From positions 1 to 64,000 of IMG/VR virus record IMGVR_UViG_3300042923_000524: 64,000 nt of DNA; one strand, 5' to 3'. The notes under the pieces were generated by a model. That model did not search any database and had not been told where the DNA came from. It worked only from the letters and a program-made list of their open reading frames with translations. Within the stretch, counting starts at the first letter, position 1. The number at the start of each line of letters is the position of its first letter. The stretch is from a virus. This document shows positions 1 through 9,545 of this stretch, one piece after another. The position numbers were made by a program, and so were the translations under genes.

Positions 1-1
1 T

Positions 2-877
2 GGTAGCCAGTGCTTCTTAACTGTGGGTCTTGAGAAGGATAAGAAAGGAAATATATTTGCTAAGAAATTCTTATCTGCATATGATGCAATTGAATATGTT
101 AAAGAACATCTTGAGAGTGGCACAGTTGTTAATGTAAAGGGTAATCTCAAGTATACAATTTACAATGATGCTGTTCAAGTTAAGAAAGAAATTAAGAGTA
201 TATTTGCTTCTAAGGTTGATGATAGTTCAAAATACAGAGCATCATTTACTCAAACAATGTTACTTGACAAAGATAGTGTTGGTAAACTAGATAGAGAAAA
301 GGCAGTTTATCCTATTACCGCAAGAGTTGTAGATTACACTAAAATGTATAATAACGTAGAAGTTAAACAAAACGTACCTTTTACAAAAGTATTTGAATTA
401 GAAGTTGATAAAGAAAAGCCTGAAAACACTAAGAAGTTTATTGATAAAGTATTAAAAGTAAAAAAGGATATCACTGAGGTAACTATAGAAGGTGATATTA
501 TTGAAAGCCAAACATTAGTAAGCATTACAGAATCAGACATTCCAGACGATATTATGGAATTAATTGAAATTGGTGCATATACAATGGAAGATGCAATCGC
601 TAAATTAGCTGTTGGTGGTAGTAAGGAGAAAAGATTAGTAATTCGTAAACCTTCTATCAAAATGGTTGGAGAAGAAGATAATAAAAAACCTGTAATTCTA
701 AAAACAGAATCAAAGTATAAAGAAGAAGATTTGATATTTGATTTCATGTTTGAGGATAAAGAGGAAGAACCAGTTGAAGATAAAAAATCTGGTAAAAATA
801 CAAAAGTAAAAGACGAAGAAGATTCTTCTAATGATTGGATGAAAGCATTAGATGATGAGGACGATTTGCCGTTCTAA
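2..877 (+). CDS. Single-stranded DNA-binding protein-like (5'-partial, frame open at window edge)
   Basis: Frame is open from position 2. The acidic C-terminal tail ends DDEDDLPF, like the bacterial SSB C-terminus. First gene of the replication cluster. Confidence 0.7.
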   Translation, partial: GSQCFLTVGLEKDKKGNIFAKKFLSAYDAIEYVKEHLESGTVVNVKGNLKYTIYNDAVQVKKEIKSIFASKVDDSSKYRASFTQTMLLDKDSVGKLDREKAVYPITARVVDYTKMYNNVEVKQNVPFTKVFELEVDKEKPENTKKFIDKVLKVKKDITEVTIEGDIIESQTLVSITESDIPDDIMELIEIGAYTMEDAIAKLAVGGSKEKRLVIRKPSIKMVGEEDNKKPVILKTESKYKEEDLIFDFMFEDKEEEPVEDKKSGKNTKVKDEEDSSNDWMKALDDEDDLPF

Positions 878-889
878 AATTAATAATCA

Positions 890-923
890 TACTAAAGGAG
901 AATATAAAAGTTCTCCTTTAGTA
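890..923 (+). terminator. 13-bp stem-loop after SSB (terminator or processing hairpin)
   Basis: TACTAAAGGAGAA-tataaaag-TTCTCCTTTAGTA perfect inverted repeat; no long U tract. Confidence 0.55.
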
Positions 924-965
924 AATGAAATTTAACAAATAAAATATATGGAGGTAAACGAATTA

Positions 966-1916
966 ATGAGTTTATTTAGAAAAGCAGAAGAGACTAAATC
1001 TGGGGTTAAGGTTTTGGCATATGGTGGAACAGGTAGTGGAAAAACAACCTTCGCATTAACATTTCCCAAAATTGTAGCTATAGACTCTGAAGATGGTATG
1101 GCATTTTATAAAAGCAATCCAAATTTGCAATACATATTAAATACAACATCTGCTGATGAGGTTGAAGAAGCCTTAGAAGAAATTGAATCAGATTTAATGG
1201 ATAGTATTAATTCATTTGTACTTGACTCCATGACAAAAGTTTATGATAATATGCAATTGTCTGGATTAAATGTAGCAGAAAAAAGAGCAAGGAAAAAGGG
1301 AGAAAGTGTTGATGATGCTAATATTAGTCAACGTGAATGGGGTAAGATTAAGCTTGTAACTAAGCGTATTCAATCAACACAAATCATGTTAGCCTCAAAG
1401 GGTATTAACGTAGTTACAATTGCTCAACAAAAGGATATAAAAGAGAAGAAGGGTGATAATTGGGTAGTTGTAGGTTATGCACCAGATGTAGCAAAAGGAT
1501 TAGAATTTGATTATGATGTAATTCTAAGATTCTTCACAGAAAAAGAAGGTAAGAATGGTGAAGAAGTGTATAAAGCAGAAGTATTAAAGGATAGAACGCA
1601 GACTTATAAGAAGAATCAAATTATTGAAAACCCATCTTTTGAAAACTGGAAGAGTGTTTATACAAAGTCTTCGACATTAAAAGAAAATGTTATTGATTTC
1701 AAGAAAGATATTCAGAAAGATGAAATAAAAATGACTTCAGAATTGGAAACAATGGAAGGCGTTATAAAAGAATTTAAAACTACAATGAAAGATTTAACTA
1801 AAGAAAACCAAGTGAAAGTAGCAAAACTACTCAAGGAAAAATCAATAGATAATCCTCTAAAAACTGATAACCTTGAAGGTATGTTAGAAGTTATGGATTT
1901 TATTAGAGCATTATAA
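966..1916 (+). CDS. AAA_24/Sak4-like P-loop ATPase (recombination/annealing)
   Basis: Walker A GGTGSGKT and Walker B-like FVLDS. Start moved to ATG 966 because GGAGGT at 950-955 is the RBS. Confidence 0.75.
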   Translation: MSLFRKAEETKSGVKVLAYGGTGSGKTTFALTFPKIVAIDSEDGMAFYKSNPNLQYILNTTSADEVEEALEEIESDLMDSINSFVLDSMTKVYDNMQLSGLNVAEKRARKKGESVDDANISQREWGKIKLVTKRIQSTQIMLASKGINVVTIAQQKDIKEKKGDNWVVVGYAPDVAKGLEFDYDVILRFFTEKEGKNGEEVYKAEVLKDRTQTYKKNQIIENPSFENWKSVYTKSSTLKENVIDFKKDIQKDEIKMTSELETMEGVIKEFKTTMKDLTKENQVKVAKLLKEKSIDNPLKTDNLEGMLEVMDFIRAL

Positions 1917-1928
1917 ACTAATTTAAAA

Positions 1929-1962
1929 GTAAATAGGGGTACTCAAACGGTATCCCTATTTA
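1929..1962 (+). terminator. Stem-loop after AAA ATPase
   Basis: GTAAATAGGGGTAC-tcaaacg-GTATCCCTATTTAC. Confidence 0.55.
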
Positions 1963-1989
1963 CAAATAATCTATTAATTGGAGTGAAAT

Positions 1990-2442
1990 ATGGATAAAAA
2001 ACAAGTCAATAATGAATGGTTGGAACTTTGTAAATATGTTCATGATGAGATTTTACAATATGGTTCTGAATTAAAATTTCCTAAATATTTAGCATTAAGA
2101 CTTAGAGGTTTGGCTGATGGTCAATTTTTAGCCAATAAGAAGCAAAAGCCTATGGGAAATTACTCTTACAATACCATTTTATATACATTTAAAATATGCA
2201 AAGCTAAGATACTTCAATATTTAATAGCCAATCAAACTAAATTTACAGATGAAAAACACAAAATCAATTCAATAATGTTGTTTATAGAAAGTGAAATAAA
2301 TGATGTTACATTAAGATTAAAAAGAGTAGAGCAATCAAATATAAAAGTTGAAAACCTAAAAATGGAAAATCAAACCAATGAAGGTGTTGAGTATAGAAGC
2401 AAAACAACACAAGTTAATAAGGATTTAGATGAATTATGGTAA
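1990..2442 (+). CDS. Conserved replication-cluster hypothetical protein (possible helicase accessory)
   Basis: 150-aa ORF with RBS, between the ATPase and DnaB as in SPbeta-type replisomes. Confidence 0.6.
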   Translation: MDKKQVNNEWLELCKYVHDEILQYGSELKFPKYLALRLRGLADGQFLANKKQKPMGNYSYNTILYTFKICKAKILQYLIANQTKFTDEKHKINSIMLFIESEINDVTLRLKRVEQSNIKVENLKMENQTNEGVEYRSKTTQVNKDLDELW

Positions 2443-2457
2443 TGGGACGGTGATATA

Positions 2458-3975
2458 TTGGCAAAAGCAACAACTACAAAATCATCTACAAAAAAAGAAA
2501 TTACAGCTTTTGAAGAAGAGTTAATAAAAGCTGTAAAAAAGGTAAGAGAATTCAAACTAGCTGCTGAAGCAAATATTGTTTCAATATTTTATTCAAACTT
2601 AGAATTAATATATACATATGATAATTTGAAACTTGAAGATTTCAGTGAAAATGCATGGAAAGTATATTATACAATTGCACACGATATCGTAATTAAAGAG
2701 AATAAAAAATCTTTAGATGATATTACTATAGGATTATATTTAGAAAAACATCTTAAATTACAAGAGAAATATATAAGTTATGGTGGATATGAAACTATTC
2801 TAAAAGCAAAAGAGTACGTAAAAGAAGAAAATATGGATGGTTATATTAGTGAATTAAAGAAGTGGAATATAGTTTTACAATTGTTAAAAATGAAATTTCC
2901 TGTATATGATGAACTAAGCAGATTTGCAGATATGACCGCAGACCAGATTTATGATGAATGGGAAGCGAAAATTAATCATGTGTTTGTAAGTGTAGATGGA
3001 AATGTAAAAAGTTATAACCTTTGTGAAGGATTACATACATTGTTAAACAAATTAAATGAAGGACTTAATGTTGGAATGCCTTTATATAACTCTCCAATAT
3101 TAAATAAAGAAATAGGTGGAAATTTAGAAGGTCATGTAACAATGATGGGTGCATTAAGTGGTATGGGTAAAACTACAACCACTATTGAATGGATACTACC
3201 ACAGATAATAAAATATAATGAAAAATTATGTATTATTATAAACGAAGAAGACAAAGAAAAATGGCAGAAAGAACTGTTGGTGTGGGTTGCTAATAATATT
3301 TTTAATGCCAATATTCAAAAGCATATATTGAGAGATGGTAAATTTTCAGATGAAAACTTTGAATTATTAAAAAAGTGTGCTGATTGGATAGAAGAAAAAA
3401 AAGATGGTAAAATTCTAACAATTATACCACTTCCTAAATATAGAACATCATTAGCTATAAAGATAATTAAAAAATATGCTAGTATGGGTTGTAAAAAATT
3501 CATTTTAGATACATTTAAAGTAAGCACAGATACTCAAACAGAACAAATATGGAGTGAAATGACAAAAGATAGTGTTGAAATATACGATGCTATCAAACCA
3601 ACTGGTAAGAATGTTCATATATGGATTACATATCAACTAGGAAAAGGTAGTACTAAACAAAGATATTATAGTAATGATAATATCGGATTGGCTAAAAATA
3701 TTGTAGACGTAGCATCTACTAATATTATGATTAGAAAACCATTTGATGATGAGTATTTAGGTGGTAAAAATGAACTAAAGTGTTATAGATTAGAGGGTAA
3801 AAGAGGACTTACTAAAATTCCTTTTACACTAGATAGAGATAAACATTATAGCATTATTTTTATAACTAAGAATAGATTTGGTGCTACAAATGAGTTTCAA
3901 ATTATAGCTGAGAATGATTTAAGTAGAAACATATATAAAGAAATAGGAATAACTAATGTTCCTATGGATTGGTAG
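2458..3975 (+). CDS. dnaB: Replicative DnaB-like helicase
   Basis: Walker A GALSGMGKTT, Walker B FILDT, C-terminal IITKNRFG motif; TTG start. Confidence 0.85.
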   Translation: MAKATTTKSSTKKEITAFEEELIKAVKKVREFKLAAEANIVSIFYSNLELIYTYDNLKLEDFSENAWKVYYTIAHDIVIKENKKSLDDITIGLYLEKHLKLQEKYISYGGYETILKAKEYVKEENMDGYISELKKWNIVLQLLKMKFPVYDELSRFADMTADQIYDEWEAKINHVFVSVDGNVKSYNLCEGLHTLLNKLNEGLNVGMPLYNSPILNKEIGGNLEGHVTMMGALSGMGKTTTTIEWILPQIIKYNEKLCIIINEEDKEKWQKELLVWVANNIFNANIQKHILRDGKFSDENFELLKKCADWIEEKKDGKILTIIPLPKYRTSLAIKIIKKYASMGCKKFILDTFKVSTDTQTEQIWSEMTKDSVEIYDAIKPTGKNVHIWITYQLGKGSTKQRYYSNDNIGLAKNIVDVASTNIMIRKPFDDEYLGGKNELKCYRLEGKRGLTKIPFTLDRDKHYSIIFITKNRFGATNEFQIIAENDLSRNIYKEIGITNVPMDW

Positions 3976-3984
3976 GTAGTTGAT

Positions 3985-5064
3985 ATGGATGTTATGGAGT
4001 TAAAACAATACATAATTAATAATGATAAAATTGAATATATCTTAGAAAATTTGGGTTGCCATGACATCAAATCTCATTTAAAAGAGTATAGAGCAGGGTT
4101 GCCCGATAGACAAAACAAAACAGCTATAGCAGTAAAAAAAGAAACTTTAAGTGTTAAGATATTTCAACCAGATGAAAAAATTATAAGGGGAGATATCTTA
4201 ACACTTTGTATGACAATTAAAAATATACCATTTATAAAAGCAAGTAGATATTTACATGAAATATTAGAACTAGAATATAAATATAAATTAAAAAAAGATA
4301 CTAAAGAACAAGAATTAAATGACCCATTACAAATATTTAAGAGAGTAAAGAATAAGAGTAATACAGTTAATGTATATGATATAGATTTAATAGATGAAAA
4401 TGCTTTAAATGATTACATTCCTTATCCACATATTTCATTCATAAGAGATGGAATAATGCCTTGGACTTGCAAGGAATTTAAAATAGGATATAGTGACAAA
4501 CATAAAAGAATAGTTATTCCTCACAGATTGTGGAATGAAAATGAAGATAAGTTTGCAGGAATCTTTGGAAGAACTGTGGTTGAGAACTATGAATTATTTG
4601 ATATACCAAAGTATTATGGAATTAAACCTTATCCAAAGTCAATGAATTTATATGGATTACAAGAAAACTATAAAACTATTCAAGAAAATGGATACGTTGT
4701 TGTATACGAAGCTGAAAAATCAGTTTTAAAAAGACATAGTAGAAAAGATGGAACTGGGGTAGCCGTTGGCTCTCACAGTTTGAGTGATGAACAAATTAAG
4801 ATTTTAATAGGTTTAGATGTAGATATTATAATAGCTTATGATAAAGATATTAAAGAAGAATACATTTGGAGTGAATGTGACCGATTCTACGGTATTAGAA
4901 ATGTTTATTATATTTATGACAAACATGATTTACTAAAAGAAAAAGAATCTCCAGCAGATGCAACTAATAAAATATTTAATTATCTGTTTAAATATAAAAT
5001 AAAATATAGTGAAGTTGAAAGGAAGAGATATATAGAATGGCGAGAAAAACAAGGGAAGAATTAG
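3985..5064 (+). CDS. dnaG: DNA primase (TOPRIM)
   Basis: RIVIP...FGR, TOPRIM VVYEAEKS and IIAYDKD; follows the helicase; N-terminal Zn ligands degenerate. Confidence 0.75.
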   Translation: MDVMELKQYIINNDKIEYILENLGCHDIKSHLKEYRAGLPDRQNKTAIAVKKETLSVKIFQPDEKIIRGDILTLCMTIKNIPFIKASRYLHEILELEYKYKLKKDTKEQELNDPLQIFKRVKNKSNTVNVYDIDLIDENALNDYIPYPHISFIRDGIMPWTCKEFKIGYSDKHKRIVIPHRLWNENEDKFAGIFGRTVVENYELFDIPKYYGIKPYPKSMNLYGLQENYKTIQENGYVVVYEAEKSVLKRHSRKDGTGVAVGSHSLSDEQIKILIGLDVDIIIAYDKDIKEEYIWSECDRFYGIRNVYYIYDKHDLLKEKESPADATNKIFNYLFKYKIKYSEVERKRYIEWREKQGKN

Positions 5065-6170
5065 ACGCGATTAAGAAAGAATATAATGTTAAAGACTTAT
5101 ATTCTTGGTCAAAATATAATACAGCAAAATCAGATTTATATGAGTATTATCTTAAATACATAGCTAAGATACCTGAAGATAGAAAAGATGGTATATATGG
5201 TATATCTGGAGGAGTTGCCCATGATATATTAGAAAGATTTTATTCCAAAGAATTAAAATATAAAGATATGTTAGAAGAATATGAGAATGCCTTATTCAAT
5301 TTTAATATGAGCGAATTAAAATATGATAGATGTGATGAAGAGAAAAATGAAAAAATAGCAAAGAAATATGAATACTGTTTAAGACATTTTTTTCAAAATC
5401 ATATACCTATAAACAAAAAAGTTGATATTGAAAGATTCGTATTGATTAAAATAGGTTGTTTTTTATTTCAGGGATATATTGACTTTTTATTTAAAGATAA
5501 GAAGGATTTTGTAATTACAGATTGGAAAACATCAACTATCTATTCTGGTAAGAAAATTGATAGTGAAAAAGGTCAGTTGGTGTTATATGCTGAAGCATTG
5601 AGACAATTAGGAGTGCCAATAGAGAATATAAAGATAAGATGGTGTTTTTTGAAATACGTTACTGTACAATATCCTCAAGCAAATGAAGAAATTAAGGAAA
5701 GAGATATATTAAGATGTGAAATAGGGGAAAAATTATCAACCAATGTTAAAATGTGGCTAAAAAAAGCTAAGACATATTCAGATGAAGAAATAGACAACTT
5801 TATTGATATGCTTATCACAACCAATAGTTTAGAATGTCTACCCGAAGATATTAAGAACAAATATACTATAAATGATTGTTATGTTGAAATTCCATTTAAT
5901 CAAGAAGAAATTGATTTACTAAAAGAAGATATAAAAATTAAGATTATAGAAATTGCTAAGAAAGAAATGGAATACTTTAAAACAAAAGATGAAAGAGTTT
6001 TTTGGGAAGATATTACCGATGCAAAATCATATTATTTTGCTAATTTAAGTGGTTATTCAGCAAACTTACATAAACCTTACAAAGAGTATTTGGATAATCT
6101 AAATATGTTTAAGAATAAAGATAAAGATGAAATTACAGAAGATGATATGAGTTGGTTGGCAGAGCTATAA
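5037..6170 (+). CDS. PD-(D/E)XK exonuclease (AddB/Cas4-like fold)
   Basis: YSWSKY, HDILE, GYIDF...ITDWKT, QLVLYA motifs. Confidence 0.8.
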   Translation: MARKTREELDAIKKEYNVKDLYSWSKYNTAKSDLYEYYLKYIAKIPEDRKDGIYGISGGVAHDILERFYSKELKYKDMLEEYENALFNFNMSELKYDRCDEEKNEKIAKKYEYCLRHFFQNHIPINKKVDIERFVLIKIGCFLFQGYIDFLFKDKKDFVITDWKTSTIYSGKKIDSEKGQLVLYAEALRQLGVPIENIKIRWCFLKYVTVQYPQANEEIKERDILRCEIGEKLSTNVKMWLKKAKTYSDEEIDNFIDMLITTNSLECLPEDIKNKYTINDCYVEIPFNQEEIDLLKEDIKIKIIEIAKKEMEYFKTKDERVFWEDITDAKSYYFANLSGYSANLHKPYKEYLDNLNMFKNKDKDEITEDDMSWLAEL

Positions 6171-6183
6171 AATAGGAGGTCAT

Positions 6184-9100
6184 ATGGAAGATTATATTAG
6201 ATATCATATACATGATGATACGAGTAACTGTAATGGTTACTCTGACTCATGTACTAGTTATAAAGATTATATAAAATTAGTTAAAAAATCTAAGTCAAAC
6301 GCCATAGCTTTCTCAAATCATGGTGGGATTTATGATTGGGTTAAAAAGAAACAAGAATGCGATAAGGCTAAGATAAAATACATACATGGTGTAGAATTAT
6401 ATATGTGTACAAAACTAGAGAACGATGAAAGAGGATATCATATTGGTTTGTATGCCAAGAACTTTGATGGAGTTAAAGAGTTAAATAGTTTAGTATCACT
6501 TGCTACATCTAAAGGCATAAAGGAAGATAAAACTGATAGACATTTTTACTTTAATCCTAGATTGTCTATAGAAGAAGTTATGAATACAAGTTCTAATATT
6601 ATCATCACAACAGCTTGTTTGGCTTCTATACTATGGGAATGTAAATATACTAAAAAAACTGAAAATTTAACAGAGAAAGAAATTCAAGAACAAAATAATA
6701 ATTGGTTAGTAAACAGAGATATATTTCTAAAATGGCTATCTAAAAACAATGAAAGATGTTTTTTAGAAATTCAATACCACAATAATATTCACCAAATAGA
6801 ATTTAATCAATTACTTTATAAATGGAGTAAGGAATATAATATACCATTAATAGCTGGGACTGACACTCATTCATCAAACGCATATAAGGCTGAATGTAGA
6901 AAAATTCTTCAGAAGTCTAAAGATAGTTATTATGGAGAAGAAGATGAATTTGATTTAACATGGAAAACACTTGATGAGTTAATTCTAGCATTTGAAAATC
7001 AAAATGCACTACCAAAAGAAATATATTTAGAAGCAATTGATAATACTAATAAATTTGCAAATTTAGTAGAAGATTTCAAATTAGATAAGTCATTTAAATA
7101 TCCTAATTTATATGGTGATAAGGTTACTGAATTATTTAGAAATACAATAATAACTAAATACAAAAACAAAGTAAAAAATAAAGTTATTGATGGTAAAAAT
7201 CCTAGATATAAAAATGATATAAAAGAAGAATTTGATACATTTAAAAAACAAGGCATGGAAAGTTTCTTATTATTTATGTCTGAACTAGCTGACTACTGTA
7301 ATGATAATGATATACCATATGGATTCAATAGGGGTTCTGTTGGTGGAAGTACAATTGCATATATACTTGATATTATTGATTTAGACCCTGTGGTATGGAA
7401 TACAGTATTTTCACGTTTTTGTAACGCAGATAGAATAAGTTTGGGTGATATTGATGTAGACTTTGCTCCAAAAGATAGACCTAAAGTATATGAATATATT
7501 ATTAAAAGATTTGGCACTAAAAACACAGCATATATAGCACAGTTCGGAACTTTAAAAGATAGAGGAACAATTGATGTTTTGACAAAAGGTTTGGATTATG
7601 ATGATTTGGATGCGGTTGCTAAAATAAAGGATGAATTTGAAAAGATATTTGCACAATACACTGAAATAATTCAAGCAGAGGTAAACACTGAAGAATTAGA
7701 TTTGGAAAGTTCTACGATAGACTTTGATAACCATAATGTATATGTAAATCAGATTAGAAATCAAAAGGCTACTATTAAAGCAAATAAGTTATATCAAGAA
7801 TTTATTAATTTAAAAGATTTTAATAAAGATTTGTTCTACTATTTTGATGGCATAAAAGGAACAATTATTTCTAAAGGTAATCATCCATCTGGCATAATTG
7901 GTTCTCCTATAACCTTACAAGATAATTTGGGTGTGTTTTATAGAGATGGTGATGAGAATATTCCAATTTCCACTTGTGCAATGAAGGCTGTAGATTCTAT
8001 AAACTTTGTTAAGTTTGATATATTAGGTTTAAAGACTGTAGGAATAATGAAAGACACTTATAAATATATAGGCTCACATTATCTCAAATCTCATGAAATT
8101 GATTGGAATGATAAAAAGGTTTGGGATGATATGATAAAGTCACAAATTGGAGTATTTCAGTTTGAAGGGGATTTTGCATTTGCATTACTAAAAGACTTTA
8201 AACCTCAAAAGATAAATGATATGTCTCTTGTAAATGCTTGTTTAAGACCATCTGGAAAGTCATATAGAGAAAGATTAATTGCAAGAGAGTTTAATAATAA
8301 CCCTTCAAAAGAAATAGATGATTTACTATCAGATAATAATGGATTTTTAGTATATCAAGAAGATACTATTAAGTTCTTAACTGATATTTGTGGTTTTAGT
8401 GGTGCTTTGGCTGACACCACAAGACGTGCAATCGGTAAGAAATTACAAGAAGAATTAAAGCAACAATTACCTCAAATTTTAGATGGATATTGCAATGTTT
8501 CAAAGCAACCTAGAGAAGTTGCGGAAGAAGAAGCTAAAGCCTTCTTACAAATAATAGAAGACTCTTCGGAATATCAATTTGGATATAATCATTCTACAGG
8601 ATATTCAATGAATGGTTATGCATGTGTAAGATTAAGAGCATATCATCCACTAGAGTTTACCACAGCATATTTAAACAATGCTGATAATAAAGAAGATATA
8701 CAAATGGGTACTGAACTAGCAAGAGAAAGAAATATTAAAATTAAACCTATAGAGTTTGGTCAATCAATTGATAAATACACTTTTGATAAAACAACAAACA
8801 CAATATACAAAGGTATTGAAAGTATTAAGTATTGCAACGCTAAGATAGCACACGAACTTTATGAATTGCGAAACAATAAATATATTACATTTGCAGAATT
8901 ATTAAAAGACATAATTGAAAAAACTTCAGTAGATTCAAGACAATTAAAGATTTTAACTGGATTAGGGTTCTTTAGAAAATATGGTAAAAATAAAAAATTA
9001 CTAAATTATGTAGATGTATTTAGTAATTTTAATGGCAGAAAACAAATTAAAAAATCAGAATTAGAAAAACTTGGATTAACTGAAGAATTAATAAAAAGAT

Positions 9101-9525
9101 ATAGCAATAAAGAAACTGAGGCGTTGTATAAAGAAATAGATATAATAGGATTGATTTCTGAGCTAACAGATAATATTGAGGATGCTTCACTATCAGTAAA
9201 AGAACAAGTAAAATTTGAAAAGGATTATTTAGAATATGTAATTTATACAAATCCTAAAGTTAATGAAAAATTCTATATCGTTATCGAATATACAACCTAT
9301 AATGATAAAAGAAAACCTTATGTTACTTTAAAACATATACAAACAGGTGATGAAATTAAGACTAAAATCAAAGACCCTCAAGTATTTGTTGAAAACTCTT
9401 TTAAATTATATGATGTTTTAAAAGTAAATGAGTGGAAACAACAATATAAAACTAAAAATATTGGTGGTAAATGGCAAAAAACAAATGAATTAGAAGACAT
9501 TCTATATTCATATGAAGTATATTAA
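6184..9525 (+). CDS. dnaE: DNA polymerase III alpha subunit (DnaE type)
   Basis: PHP motifs HIH, NHG, GVE, TAC, DTH; RGSVGGS; RISLGDIDVDF; HPSG; KFDILGL; YQFGYNHS. Confidence 0.95.
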   Translation: MEDYIRYHIHDDTSNCNGYSDSCTSYKDYIKLVKKSKSNAIAFSNHGGIYDWVKKKQECDKAKIKYIHGVELYMCTKLENDERGYHIGLYAKNFDGVKELNSLVSLATSKGIKEDKTDRHFYFNPRLSIEEVMNTSSNIIITTACLASILWECKYTKKTENLTEKEIQEQNNNWLVNRDIFLKWLSKNNERCFLEIQYHNNIHQIEFNQLLYKWSKEYNIPLIAGTDTHSSNAYKAECRKILQKSKDSYYGEEDEFDLTWKTLDELILAFENQNALPKEIYLEAIDNTNKFANLVEDFKLDKSFKYPNLYGDKVTELFRNTIITKYKNKVKNKVIDGKNPRYKNDIKEEFDTFKKQGMESFLLFMSELADYCNDNDIPYGFNRGSVGGSTIAYILDIIDLDPVVWNTVFSRFCNADRISLGDIDVDFAPKDRPKVYEYIIKRFGTKNTAYIAQFGTLKDRGTIDVLTKGLDYDDLDAVAKIKDEFEKIFAQYTEIIQAEVNTEELDLESSTIDFDNHNVYVNQIRNQKATIKANKLYQEFINLKDFNKDLFYYFDGIKGTIISKGNHPSGIIGSPITLQDNLGVFYRDGDENIPISTCAMKAVDSINFVKFDILGLKTVGIMKDTYKYIGSHYLKSHEIDWNDKKVWDDMIKSQIGVFQFEGDFAFALLKDFKPQKINDMSLVNACLRPSGKSYRERLIAREFNNNPSKEIDDLLSDNNGFLVYQEDTIKFLTDICGFSGALADTTRRAIGKKLQEELKQQLPQILDGYCNVSKQPREVAEEEAKAFLQIIEDSSEYQFGYNHSTGYSMNGYACVRLRAYHPLEFTTAYLNNADNKEDIQMGTELARERNIKIKPIEFGQSIDKYTFDKTTNTIYKGIESIKYCNAKIAHELYELRNNKYITFAELLKDIIEKTSVDSRQLKILTGLGFFRKYGKNKKLLNYVDVFSNFNGRKQIKKSELEKLGLTEELIKRYSNKETEALYKEIDIIGLISELTDNIEDASLSVKEQVKFEKDYLEYVIYTNPKVNEKFYIVIEYTTYNDKRKPYVTLKHIQTGDEIKTKIKDPQVFVENSFKLYDVLKVNEWKQQYKTKNIGGKWQKTNELEDILYSYEVY

Positions 9526-9545
9526 AAAGAAAAGTAGGTGATGGT

